Shown here: positions 39,882 to 49,542 of the stretch, piece by piece
Layout: every line of letters starts with the position of its first letter
Numbering within the stretch: the first letter of the stretch is position 1
Assembly (NCBI GenBank): GCA_003345595.1
Contig: PRDI01000129.1
Coordinates: forward strand, 1-64,000
DNA length: 64,000 nt
DNA from: Candidatus Thorarchaeota archaeon
GTDB lineage: Archaea > Asgardarchaeota > Thorarchaeia > Thorarchaeales > Thorarchaeaceae
Reading direction: 5' to 3'
The notes under the pieces: model-generated
Database searches by the model: none
Told to the model about the DNA's origin: nothing
The model's input: the letters and a program-made list of their open reading frames with translations, nothing else
Program-made: the position numbers and the translations under genes

Positions 39882-40289
39882 GTGCGGAAGCGAATAATAC
39901 TCATTACTCTGGTAATATCAGTTTCATTCAACGTACTGGCGGCATTCGCCGTTAATGCATTTCCAAGAACTTCACAAGCATGGCTGTTCCCGGATCTGGG
40001 GCCAGGAGTCTTGCAGGACTCATACTACAGCAGAGCGCCTGCACTTGAGAGCCTTTTTGGTGCAATCGGTGATGTGCCCGGGGGGTACTCACTCTATGCA
40101 GGAAGTCCGCTTCAAGGGGGTTTCAGCAACAATCTCAGTACTTGGATGGCGGGGTCGCTCCCTTGGAGCCTGTCCACGCTCAATCCACACGCAAGTGTGC
40201 CGCTCGCGGCCATCGTACTGGCTTTTGTTCCTCTCCTAGCAGCCTTCATCATCGGGAGGAGATCATACGGGTCTACGAAGACACGCTAA
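39882..40289 (+). CDS. Hypothetical protein with N- and C-terminal TM helices
   Basis: GAGGTGG SD, GTG start, two hydrophobic ends. Confidence 0.6.
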   Translation: MRKRIILITLVISVSFNVLAAFAVNAFPRTSQAWLFPDLGPGVLQDSYYSRAPALESLFGAIGDVPGGYSLYAGSPLQGGFSNNLSTWMAGSLPWSLSTLNPHASVPLAAIVLAFVPLLAAFIIGRRSYGSTKTR

Positions 40290-40314
40290 TCTTGCTAGCT
40301 ACTCTCTAGGCAAT

Positions 40315-41481
40315 GTGTTCAAGTATCGAACTAGGAGCGTCGCGATATTACTTGCTCTCACATTCTCAACAGCTCTGCTCTGTTCTGTCGAGTTCATCAG
40401 AGAAGGAGTCGTGTTGGATGTTGAGGCCTCACTTGGGGAGGGCCCGGACCTTATTGTTCAGAAGCTGATCGGAGGACGTCAAGTGCTCGTGCCACTGGAC
40501 TGGGTCAACAATGTGTCTGAAACGTCAGGAATCAGACTGGTCACTCCTCGCGTTTGGGGATACTCTGATGCAGGCGACGGCAGACTGCTCACTATCATGG
40601 GTGTGAACGCAACAGAGTATGGCACCATATTCGGGGCAGTTGGTACTGACGTCTTGGCCGGCGGCAGATTCATCATGGAGAACGACACAAGGAGAATGGT
40701 AGTGGGACAGGGTATCGTTGAGATGATGGCTGCGTCCGGTGCAGCAGTGACAATCAGTGTAGGCTCGGTGTTATCACTCATAACATACAATGGCAGTCTG
40801 ATTGAGTTTGTAATAGTCGGTGTCTTCAGTGCAGACTCGAAGATACAAAGCTACGACCTGATTATGACTGACATCAGCAGTGCTCGCATGGTTCTAGGCG
40901 TTGACAATTCGTCATGCACGGACGTCGCTGTGTGGATCAACTACGGAAGTGACCTGAACGGTGTAGCATTCCAGCTCGACAGCTCGTTATCACAAGCACG
41001 TATTCTAACACGTGATGCGATGAAGAACACCATGCTGAGGACTTATGGAGGCCGCGCAGGTGTCGCTGCACTGCTTTGGGCCTGCGTGTTGGTCACAGTC
41101 CTGTTGCTTGTCTTCACTGCCTCATCTGCGGGCTCAGAAGAAGCTAGGAGAGAGGTTGGTCTCTTGAAGGCCCTCGGCTTCGACACAGTCGACATTCTGG
41201 AGATTAGGACGGTAGAAAGTGTGACCTTGGGAGCACTTGGTGCCAACTTCGGCATTTCGCTGGCGATAGTCTTTGACTTCATCTTGGGGGCACCGCTTCT
41301 GGCCGGATATCTCCTAGGGTGGAATCTTGTCCTTCTGAACGGGGGAATCCCCTTAGCTGTTTCTTCAGCCACCATTCTCACGGTACTTGCAGCAGCCATT
41401 GTCCCCGTTATGGTTGCGACGGTCGTGCCTTCGTGGCGAAATGCCATCACCGAGCCAGACACGGTTCTGAGAGGTGTGTAG
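40315..41481 (+). CDS. FtsX/MacB/LolE-type ABC permease
   Basis: TM1, large extracellular domain, RREVGLLKALG, three C-terminal TMs, P.W..A..EP...LRG. Confidence 0.88.
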   Translation: MFKYRTRSVAILLALTFSTALLCSVEFIREGVVLDVEASLGEGPDLIVQKLIGGRQVLVPLDWVNNVSETSGIRLVTPRVWGYSDAGDGRLLTIMGVNATEYGTIFGAVGTDVLAGGRFIMENDTRRMVVGQGIVEMMAASGAAVTISVGSVLSLITYNGSLIEFVIVGVFSADSKIQSYDLIMTDISSARMVLGVDNSSCTDVAVWINYGSDLNGVAFQLDSSLSQARILTRDAMKNTMLRTYGGRAGVAALLWACVLVTVLLLVFTASSAGSEEARREVGLLKALGFDTVDILEIRTVESVTLGALGANFGISLAIVFDFILGAPLLAGYLLGWNLVLLNGGIPLAVSSATILTVLAAAIVPVMVATVVPSWRNAITEPDTVLRGV

Positions 41482-41482
41482 T

Positions 41483-42160
41483 ATGACGGTCACAGTCAGA
41501 ACGGAAAACCTGTGGAAGACATACGGCGGAGGTGGACCACATCAAGTTGATGCCGTGAGAGATGTCACGATAGAGATTGAAAGAGGAGAGATCACAGCCA
41601 TTGGAGGCCCTAGTGGTTCTGGGAAGACCACGCTCTTGAGTCTAGTTGGTCTACTCACAAGACCGACCAAAGGAAAGGTCCTGTACGGTGACCAAGACTT
41701 CTCAGGGCTCTCGGAAGTGTTTAGGACAAGAGCACGACGTCAACGGATTGGGTTCATCTTCCAAGCTCAATACCTTATCCCACAGCTCACTGCTGTGGAG
41801 AACGTTGCACTCCCAATGCTCTGCTTAGATGTTCCCCGTTCTGAGGCAGAGAAGCTGGCAGCTATCAGGCTGTCAAGCCTCGGTATGAATCATCGGCTAG
41901 ACTTCAGAGTCGCCGAATTGAGCGGCGGCGAACAACAACGTGTTTCCATAGCAAGGTCGCTGATGAACGCACCAGAGATACTGATAGCAGATGAGCCCAA
42001 TGCATCAATCGACGAAAAGTCTGCTGAGGAGCTGCATTTTGTCCTAAGGGAAATGGTTGAGAGAAACAAACTGACCGTCCTATTGGCATCACACGATGCG
42101 CAGGTCTTGAATTGGGCAGATAGACGACTCAACATGCGCGATGGCAAGATTGTAGACTAA
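41483..42160 (+). CDS. LolD/MacB-type ABC ATPase
   Basis: GPSGSGKT, IGFIFQ, LSGGEQQRV, ADEP, SHD. Confidence 0.93.
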   Translation: MTVTVRTENLWKTYGGGGPHQVDAVRDVTIEIERGEITAIGGPSGSGKTTLLSLVGLLTRPTKGKVLYGDQDFSGLSEVFRTRARRQRIGFIFQAQYLIPQLTAVENVALPMLCLDVPRSEAEKLAAIRLSSLGMNHRLDFRVAELSGGEQQRVSIARSLMNAPEILIADEPNASIDEKSAEELHFVLREMVERNKLTVLLASHDAQVLNWADRRLNMRDGKIVD

Positions 42161-42198
42161 CACCATCGAGTCCCGCATAGCTCAGGCTACTGGCAGAT

Positions 42199-43179
42199 CT
42201 ACAGAACGAGCAAGAGATGGGATACCAGAGATGCCATGCTGAAGAGAATCGCTACAGAGGACACCTTTCTCAATATGCTTGTCGACGGGCGGATATCATC
42301 CAAGGCGAGCTGCCTCGCCTTCCACGTCGCCTGCAAAGCAATACGCCAACCGACGGTGGCAATTCCTAGCCAAAAGAGCCCTGAGAAGAAGGCGGTGTCC
42401 GGGAACTCCTGAAAGAGGCAATAGGGACAATGATGGGTCGGAATGCCCAGTAGCAGAGGAGCATAACTGTCATGCAACATGATTACGTAGAAGATAGCAG
42501 CCAGACCACACGTGACCGCAGTCAGAATGTCCATCAGGTCACTGGCGCGAGGTACCCACTGTATCAGGACGAGTATGATTGAAACAGCAACCGTCAATGC
42601 CGTTAGAGCAGCACCGAACCCCGATCCGAAGATGTATGAAGGTGAGAAGGGAGGATTCACGTCATAGATGCTGGAGCAGCACGGAACATACACTGGCTTG
42701 ATAGAAGCGACGAACAGGATGTCCATCGCACTGTCTAGAATCACCAACGGCAGCAATACGAATAGGAAAGACCTAGCTAGCTGGCGCGCAAAGGGCAGCC
42801 GCGCCTGACTGCGGTTGGCGAACTCCATAACGAGCCACATGCCATAGGCGAAAGGAAGAAGCAGTTTCAGTACAACGTCAATAACAGAATACGGCGCAGC
42901 TGCATTGACCACGCCATATGCACACATGGCGCCAGGGCAATAAGGAACAAGCGATTGCAGCATCCAGAAGAAGAGAGGCACATCGAACAGACGCGCGATC
43001 AAGACAACCATGCCAATCATGCCGAGGAGATAGTATCTCTGTTCGGAAGTGTGTCGTGATTCTTCGTCACCCTTGAACCCCTCAACAATCGCTGAGGAAA
43101 CGTATCCACCATATAGGGCGAGACCAAGCGAAAGTAGTCCAATGACCAGTACAACAACCGTGGTCACAGTGACAATCAT
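42199..43179 (-). CDS. Cys/His-motif multi-pass membrane protein
   Basis: About eight TMs with CPGAMCAYGV, VPCCS and PTHHCPYC motifs. Confidence 0.75.
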   Translation of the reverse strand: MIVTVTTVVVLVIGLLSLGLALYGGYVSSAIVEGFKGDEESRHTSEQRYYLLGMIGMVVLIARLFDVPLFFWMLQSLVPYCPGAMCAYGVVNAAAPYSVIDVVLKLLLPFAYGMWLVMEFANRSQARLPFARQLARSFLFVLLPLVILDSAMDILFVASIKPVYVPCCSSIYDVNPPFSPSYIFGSGFGAALTALTVAVSIILVLIQWVPRASDLMDILTAVTCGLAAIFYVIMLHDSYAPLLLGIPTHHCPYCLFQEFPDTAFFSGLFWLGIATVGWRIALQATWKARQLALDDIRPSTSILRKVSSVAILFSMASLVSHLLLVL

Positions 43180-43336
43180 TTCGCAGCGCTCCAAGTTGCA
43201 CTAGATTGTACTGTCCATCACTAAAGCGTTTGGTAGGACATTCGGCCTTCCAGGCATGCGCCCCGAACATGCATTACATACAGCCAAATGAAGCAGTGAT
43301 GATTGCAGTGACTGGAAGCCAGACAGACCCCTGCGC

Positions 43337-43732
43337 TCAAGACTCCAAGGGGCTCACTACCACTCTCAGACTATCTCGCGACAGAATTCGTACTTGAGCA
43401 CCTGGAAGAATCTGGCCATCGCCACAGCGTGCGTCCCATATCTCACCACCCACTCGAATCTTGCCTGACTTGGGGGTCACGGTCTCTGTTACCACGCCAG
43501 TCATACCCTTGAGATCATAGAGGCCATACGAGCCAGTGTCAACAAGCGAGGGGTAGACCAGATAATACTTCACTATGACGAATATAGCAGTGCCAGGAAT
43601 CGCTACAATCAGGGTGAGCAAGAGATACTCTGGAGCCCAGAAGTAGACTACCACTATTACGAAAAGCACAATGAAGATCTCGTCAATCGTAATTGCTACG
43701 AACTTGACCATAGGCGAGAAAGTACGTGTCAT
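43337..43732 (-). CDS. NfeD-like protein
   Basis: Two TMs, LKGMTGVV....P..G.IRVGGEIWDA, V.I......VV.P. Confidence 0.85.
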   Translation of the reverse strand: MTRTFSPMVKFVAITIDEIFIVLFVIVVVYFWAPEYLLLTLIVAIPGTAIFVIVKYYLVYPSLVDTGSYGLYDLKGMTGVVTETVTPKSGKIRVGGEIWDARCGDGQILPGAQVRILSRDSLRVVVSPLES

Positions 43733-43841
43733 CTAATGCTCATCCGTGCACCAATAGTGAACCTGCAGAGAAATACTTTCGCAATGGCTCGATAGCACGA
43801 TTCAAAAGGAGCATGACTCGCGCGACTTATGTGACTCACAA

Positions 43842-44987
43842 TTGAAGACCGCGATGATACAGATCATGGCCGGCGCAGCCATGCTCTCCTCTTCCACATA
43901 CGTCCCCATACTTGCCCGTGACACTCTGGGAGCGGATGATCTGTATATCTCTCTGATTGTTGCACTGTTTGCGATCACTTCCTTTGTGGCGACTTATGTC
44001 TTCGGAAGGGCGGGCGACATCTATGGACGCAGGCTGATACTACGCGCTGGACTTCTCGCGGCCCTTGTGAGCTTCTCGCTCCTGATTGTCGTTGACACCC
44101 TTGAGGGGCTGCTCATTGTACGCTTGATCAATGGCTTTTGCATCGGCATATACCCAGGCGCGCTCACGGCCTATGCCTACGAAACAAAGATGCCTATGGG
44201 CAAGTTCGCCGCATTTGGTGCGCTCGGCTGGGGCGGCGGTACCCTACTCTCGGGTTTCGCAGCCACGTTCGAGATTCATCAAGCATTCCTTGTGTCCACC
44301 TTGTTCTTGGTGGGCGCGCTCGCAAGCGCCATCACTCTTCCGCCACTCCCAGGGCTTCACATGAGAATACCTCTGTTCCCGGTCGAAACCATAAAACAGA
44401 ACATGCCGATTTTTCTGGCGATGCTGATTCGACAAGGCAGTGCCTCGGCAGTCTGGACCCTTTGGCCGCTGTTCCTAGCCGACTTAGGAGGGGACGACTT
44501 GGCAATAGGGGCCATTCAGGCACTCAACTCTGTGGTTCAGGTTCTATTCATGGCAGGCCTCACAGACCGTTTCACGTATAGACCCCTAATCGTAGCTGGC
44601 CTTGTCGGCTCTGCTGTGACATTTGGGTGGCTTATGTTAGTAAGCAACATTATTGAAGTCCTGCCCACTCAGATAGTCTTGGGCTTTGCTTGGTCGTGTT
44701 TCTACGTCGGCTCACTCAAGTATGTCACCGACAAGAATGTAGAGAAATCTACTGCCTCCGGTCTGCTCCAGTCCGTGATTGCCATATCTGGCATCATTGG
44801 CCCTGTTATTGCTGCAGTTCTCTACACCCTCTGGCCCGGCTACCACCCGATTCTCTTTACTGCCTTCGCGATGTCAATCGTTGCCCTTGTCGCGTTTAGA
44901 GCGTCCGACGCAAGAAACCAGAAACAAGAGCAATCTCCTGATGTGGTTGCAGTGCAGGACTTCCTGTCTCGACCTGTGGCCAAGTAG
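43842..44987 (+). CDS. MFS transporter
   Basis: About 12 TMs, motif A GRAGDIYGRR. Confidence 0.88.
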   Translation: MKTAMIQIMAGAAMLSSSTYVPILARDTLGADDLYISLIVALFAITSFVATYVFGRAGDIYGRRLILRAGLLAALVSFSLLIVVDTLEGLLIVRLINGFCIGIYPGALTAYAYETKMPMGKFAAFGALGWGGGTLLSGFAATFEIHQAFLVSTLFLVGALASAITLPPLPGLHMRIPLFPVETIKQNMPIFLAMLIRQGSASAVWTLWPLFLADLGGDDLAIGAIQALNSVVQVLFMAGLTDRFTYRPLIVAGLVGSAVTFGWLMLVSNIIEVLPTQIVLGFAWSCFYVGSLKYVTDKNVEKSTASGLLQSVIAISGIIGPVIAAVLYTLWPGYHPILFTAFAMSIVALVAFRASDARNQKQEQSPDVVAVQDFLSRPVAK

Positions 44988-45095
44988 ACTATGGCATAGA
45001 CTAGCCACAATTGCTACCTCGTAGGAGAGCCTGGAAGGGCAATGATCAAACATTGGTGTCGGGCCTAATTGTAGTCCCTCGGGGAAAGGGTACGA

Positions 45096-45112
45096 GAGGG
45101 AGAAACTCCCTC
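45096..45112. terminator. Hairpin between convergent MFS genes
   Basis: GAGGGAG-aaa-CTCCCTC. Confidence 0.45.
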
Positions 45113-45121
45113 CCGTGTCAT

Positions 45122-46456
45122 CTATTGGGCAACCTCAGACTTTGCCTCGTCACCCACTTCGCCGGATTTCACCAAGAGCATGAGAATGAGTGCAATGACG
45201 AAGAACACAATTGAAACCGGAAAGAGGACCTTGATGGAAGTCAAGTCAAAGATCATTCCGGTCAGAAGCGGCCCGAGAATTGCTGCAGTCATACTGAAAG
45301 CATAGTATAGCCCAGTCCCAGCTCCAAGACGAGCCTTACCAAGCTGTTCCCACACCATGACTATGCTGTTTACATTCACGAGAGCCCACCCGAACCCTGC
45401 GACTGCGAGGATGCCCAGAATCATCGTAGGATTCGTCAGATAGAACAGGACAACCAGCGACGCAATCATCACAAGTAGGCCGATCAAGATGGTGTTGCGC
45501 CGACCTATCTTACCTGCTATGAAGCCTGCGGGTATCGCGAATACGACAAAGGACAACGCGATTCCGTTCAGGAGGAAGGACGCATCGGCAGTTTCGAAGA
45601 GGAGGACTTCTTTGCCATACTTCGTGAACCATGTTTCGATTGCATTGTATCCAAAGAACCAGAACAGTATCGCGCCAAGCAACGCTATGGCGGACTTGTC
45701 CTTTGCGAAGGAAACCTCCCTGAAAGCTCCTACAATGCCAATCTCCTTTGGTTTTGCCGTATCTACAGGCGGTAGTGGTGGCTCTCTGACAATCAGATAA
45801 AGGAATGTGAGCGCAATGATCATGATCACTGATGTGGTCAGAAATGCCAAAATGGGACCAATCTTGTTGAGCGGCACCCCAAACAAGGCCGCTATGCCCG
45901 GGTCCTGAATCTTGTATATTCGCGATGCAATGAGGAATGCATAGATGGCTCCAATGCCGCCCATAAGATTGATGACACCATTCGCATTGCTCCTGTGCTT
46001 TGATGGCACTAAGTCGGGCATGAGTGCTACCACTGGCGCGCGATAGTATGCCATTGACACATTGAAGAGAGTCAGGAATGCGAACATCATCCAGAAATTG
46101 AAGGACGCCCAACCATATGCTGTCAGCATAAAGAATATGGCTGCAGCAGGAGTACCCATCAAGATGAACGGCATTCTGCGCCCGAGTCTGGACCGTACTT
46201 TGTCTGACCTTGCACCGATATACGGTTGCATGAACAGAGCAAGCACATTGTCAAGGACCATTATAGCCCCAATTATCGTGTTCTCCAGACTCCCTGAGAT
46301 GAATGTTGGGAGGAAGTCTGCAGGTAGGTAGCTGTTGTAGACGCTCCAAGAAACCCCGGTCGTGAAGAAGCCAAGGCCTATGGCGAATACATACAGCCAA
46401 CGCATCTTCTCCGGTGCTGCCTGCGCGCCGCTAGCAGCCTCTGTGTCTGTTGCCAT
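45122..46456 (-). CDS. MFS sugar transporter (SLC45/sucrose-maltose type)
   Basis: QPYIGARSD..RSRLGRRMPF, ALMPD, ANGVINLMGG.G. Confidence 0.88.
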   Translation of the reverse strand: MATDTEAASGAQAAPEKMRWLYVFAIGLGFFTTGVSWSVYNSYLPADFLPTFISGSLENTIIGAIMVLDNVLALFMQPYIGARSDKVRSRLGRRMPFILMGTPAAAIFFMLTAYGWASFNFWMMFAFLTLFNVSMAYYRAPVVALMPDLVPSKHRSNANGVINLMGGIGAIYAFLIASRIYKIQDPGIAALFGVPLNKIGPILAFLTTSVIMIIALTFLYLIVREPPLPPVDTAKPKEIGIVGAFREVSFAKDKSAIALLGAILFWFFGYNAIETWFTKYGKEVLLFETADASFLLNGIALSFVVFAIPAGFIAGKIGRRNTILIGLLVMIASLVVLFYLTNPTMILGILAVAGFGWALVNVNSIVMVWEQLGKARLGAGTGLYYAFSMTAAILGPLLTGMIFDLTSIKVLFPVSIVFFVIALILMLLVKSGEVGDEAKSEVAQ

Positions 46457-46562
46457 TCTTCTCTCTCACTCCGCGCAACTGTCAAAGCTCGTTTCCTTAC
46501 AAAATGCAGAACCGATATAATAGACTGCTGCATTCACTTCTGTGCGGACTCCTGTGGGTACT

Positions 46563-48542
46563 CTAGTGCTTTCTGAAGAGCAAGCCATCAAGGAGCTGTT
46601 CGATCGAGCATGCGCAGTCAGTGAAGACCAGATTGCGGATGGAGTCGTCGAATGTTTCAAGATAGATGACCTTCACCACATGGCGAATCTGTGGCTCATC
46701 GCGACTCCGCACAGGTCGTCCATCTTTCCACTGGCCGGTGAATACGACCTTCTTGATACGCGGGAGCAGGACTTCTTCGAACGAACTGTCCTTCTCAACG
46801 AGAATGTACTTCCTCCGCCCCCCGTCTCTTCTGTTCTGCTCAATCGTTGCGTGAGCAGTTGTGCCCGATCCCGCAAAGAAGTCCAGGACAAGGTCGTTCA
46901 TTGAGGTCGAGAGAAGGAGGATTCTCTCGACAAGGCCAACGGGCTTTGGATTGGTATAAACCAACTGTCCAAAGAGCGCTTTCAGAGTTCGAGTACCATC
47001 CGTCGTTGTCCCAACATCATCCCACCAAGTACTGACTGCGCGGCCTCTGGCATCTTTGAGGTAGTGCTTCCGTTGAATGTTTCCGCCAGTGACCTTGAGC
47101 TCTCCTTTGTCATGGAGTTTCTGCATAGTTTCCTTGGAATATCGGAAGTGACCGGCCGCGCCCATGAACTCATAGTAGGGATTTCCTTTGCGCGCGCCGC
47201 CGGGACCGTCTGTAGGAACCCACTTGTAGGGGCCTCTGCCATCGCCATCGTCATTCTTGAACTCGGCCGCTGCAATGTCATCGATAGGCACCCTGAAAGA
47301 GAATCGCTTCTCAAAGACTGATTGTTTGTTCTTTGCATAGAGGAGTATCGCATTGTGGTTGGCTGAGATGATGAGGTCATTCGAAACAGACTTCCGATGC
47401 TGGTGACATATCATCGAAACGCTGTTCTCGGGTCCAAACACCATATCCATCAGCAACTTCAGATGAAAGAGCTGGTTGTCATCGATACTCACGAAGACAA
47501 GACCGTCTTCTGTCAACCACTCTCGGGCCAAGCGCAACCTATCCGCCATCATTGACAACCAGTGAGAAGGTTTGTATCTGTCCTTGTAGACGAAGCTCTT
47601 GCTCCGAGTATTGTAGGGGGGATCGATGTAGATGCATTTCACGCGCCCATGGTATATCTCTAAGAGAGCATTTAGCGCTTGTAGGTTGTCGCTCTTGACT
47701 ACAACGCCATCGATGTGTTTATCCAAGTCATCAAGCGAGTTCAGTAGCCTATTCTTGAAGTCCTCTGGAAAATGCCTCGTGTCAACGACGAGGGAGCCAT
47801 TGTGACGCAGAAAGTCATGATTAAGAATGGTCCCCTCACTCGAAGAATCCTGAAGCATGTACAGGCGACGCCACTCCTTAATCTGAGAAGCGTTACCAAC
47901 GACCTCGTCCCACATTTCCTCGGGAATCCAGTTTATGGTGAGGCAATATTCTGTTCTGAGTACGAGTTTCTTCTTCTCAAAGAGAGTCTTGTACAGTTCT
48001 TCGACTTGGGCCACACGGTCGATTAATCTTGAGCATATATCCCGAGTAATCCCACAGCGAGTGATAGCATCCACGAGAGGAAAAGAGGAGTCCGTTCGGC
48101 TTCCGAAACTTGATAGATTCTTTCCAATGAAGACGTCTAGCTCCTGAAGAAGAGCCGCCTTCAAGCATTTGTGAATCATTGACTCTGTCGCATCGTCAAC
48201 GTAATACTGGTCCCTGTCACGCCAGGTGAATCTGACACCTTCGCTGTCTGCATGCGTGCTGATTGATTCCAGTTCCATTGGAGGAACAAGAACGCCATCA
48301 TGATAGAAGAGTGAGAAGAACCTGAGGACATCATTGAGAATCGCGTCGCTGAGCTCAGTGGAGAGAGATGGACACGTAGCAAACGCATTGGACAGTATAC
48401 TTGGCAAATCCTCTGCAAGAAGTCTGTCAAGCAGACCGTATCTTGACTCATCAAGGCAAGATACATCAGCAGTGGAACCAGTCCTGTCACGCTGGAACAG
48501 GCGCATGAATGACTGCTGAAAACGTGTGGTTGATTTGTCCAC
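46563..48542 (-). CDS. Type III Mod-like N6-adenine DNA methyltransferase, no res gene in the window
   Basis: SDNLQAL, IYIDPPYN, W..MM..RL, SIDDN, PKPVGL..RI, LDFFAGSGTT, PRIKKV, LE.FDD...NL. Confidence 0.85.
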   Translation of the reverse strand: MDKSTTRFQQSFMRLFQRDRTGSTADVSCLDESRYGLLDRLLAEDLPSILSNAFATCPSLSTELSDAILNDVLRFFSLFYHDGVLVPPMELESISTHADSEGVRFTWRDRDQYYVDDATESMIHKCLKAALLQELDVFIGKNLSSFGSRTDSSFPLVDAITRCGITRDICSRLIDRVAQVEELYKTLFEKKKLVLRTEYCLTINWIPEEMWDEVVGNASQIKEWRRLYMLQDSSSEGTILNHDFLRHNGSLVVDTRHFPEDFKNRLLNSLDDLDKHIDGVVVKSDNLQALNALLEIYHGRVKCIYIDPPYNTRSKSFVYKDRYKPSHWLSMMADRLRLAREWLTEDGLVFVSIDDNQLFHLKLLMDMVFGPENSVSMICHQHRKSVSNDLIISANHNAILLYAKNKQSVFEKRFSFRVPIDDIAAAEFKNDDGDGRGPYKWVPTDGPGGARKGNPYYEFMGAAGHFRYSKETMQKLHDKGELKVTGGNIQRKHYLKDARGRAVSTWWDDVGTTTDGTRTLKALFGQLVYTNPKPVGLVERILLLSTSMNDLVLDFFAGSGTTAHATIEQNRRDGGRRKYILVEKDSSFEEVLLPRIKKVVFTGQWKDGRPVRSRDEPQIRHVVKVIYLETFDDSIRNLVFTDCACSIEQLLDGLLFRKH

Positions 48543-48647
48543 TACTTTGTCACCAGCAACGTAATGACCGAGAGTCTACTAAGTTCGACAGCCGCTATTA
48601 ACACTGCGGGTAAACCCTGATTGCACTAACAGCTGGGGTTGGCAGCA

Positions 48648-49487
48648 ATGATTGTCAGGAAAATGAGCATTGACGACACCGACTTCGCCCTAAGCCTGAC
48701 CTCAGGAGAAGGATGGTCCGACATCAAGAGTGATTTCGAGAGCTTGATTTCATACTCGCCAGCTGCAGCGTTTGTGGGCGAAGAAGATGGCAGAAGAATC
48801 GGGATGATCAGCGCGGTTTCCTATGGCAATCTCGGTTTCATCGGCTCGCTCATTGTTGTCAGGGACTGTAGGAACAAGGGCCATGGCACAAATCTCATGA
48901 AGCACGCAATTGAACACCTCTCAGGGCTGGGAGTCAAGACACTGATGCTGGATGCCGTCGAAGCAGCTATTCCAGTGTATAGGAAACTTGGTTTCAGTAC
49001 CGTGTGCCGTTCTCTCAGGATGAAGGGCGTGGTTGAAGCAAGGAGGACAGATAATGTGCGGCCGATGACGAGAAGAGATCTGCCTACTGTCTTGACAATC
49101 GATCAAGCACACTTTGGTGCGGATCGATCACACTTCCTGAAGCGGACATGGAGCCTATTCCCGGAGTTCTGCAAGACGCTTGACATCGGCAAGAGTGTCC
49201 AAGGATATGTGATGGGCAGCCCGGGGAACGACTTCATCAGAATCGCACCGTGGATTGTGAACGGAGGTGTCCATCGAGGAGAGGATCTTCTGCGAGAGCT
49301 GGCAGCTCAATCGGGTGGAAAGGCCCTCAGAATGGGAGTCCTTGAGCGGGACACAACGACGGTTGAGTTGCTGAAGACACTCGGCTTTGAGGAAGTGTCT
49401 TCTTCATACCGCATGATTCATGGAGATTCATCGATTGTCGGGCTTTCGCAGGGGATTCATGCCATAGGCTCTCCTGCGAAAGGGTAG
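48648..49487 (+). CDS. GNAT N-acetyltransferase (YitH-like, two-domain)
   Basis: GFIG.LIV...RNKG.G..L, LDA.....VY.KLGF, D..HFGADR. Confidence 0.85.
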   Translation: MIVRKMSIDDTDFALSLTSGEGWSDIKSDFESLISYSPAAAFVGEEDGRRIGMISAVSYGNLGFIGSLIVVRDCRNKGHGTNLMKHAIEHLSGLGVKTLMLDAVEAAIPVYRKLGFSTVCRSLRMKGVVEARRTDNVRPMTRRDLPTVLTIDQAHFGADRSHFLKRTWSLFPEFCKTLDIGKSVQGYVMGSPGNDFIRIAPWIVNGGVHRGEDLLRELAAQSGGKALRMGVLERDTTTVELLKTLGFEEVSSSYRMIHGDSSIVGLSQGIHAIGSPAKG

Positions 49488-49542
49488 CTTTGTGCTTTTC
49501 CGCGCTGAACCATGTTTTCCCACATTGGCATCCAGTACAATA

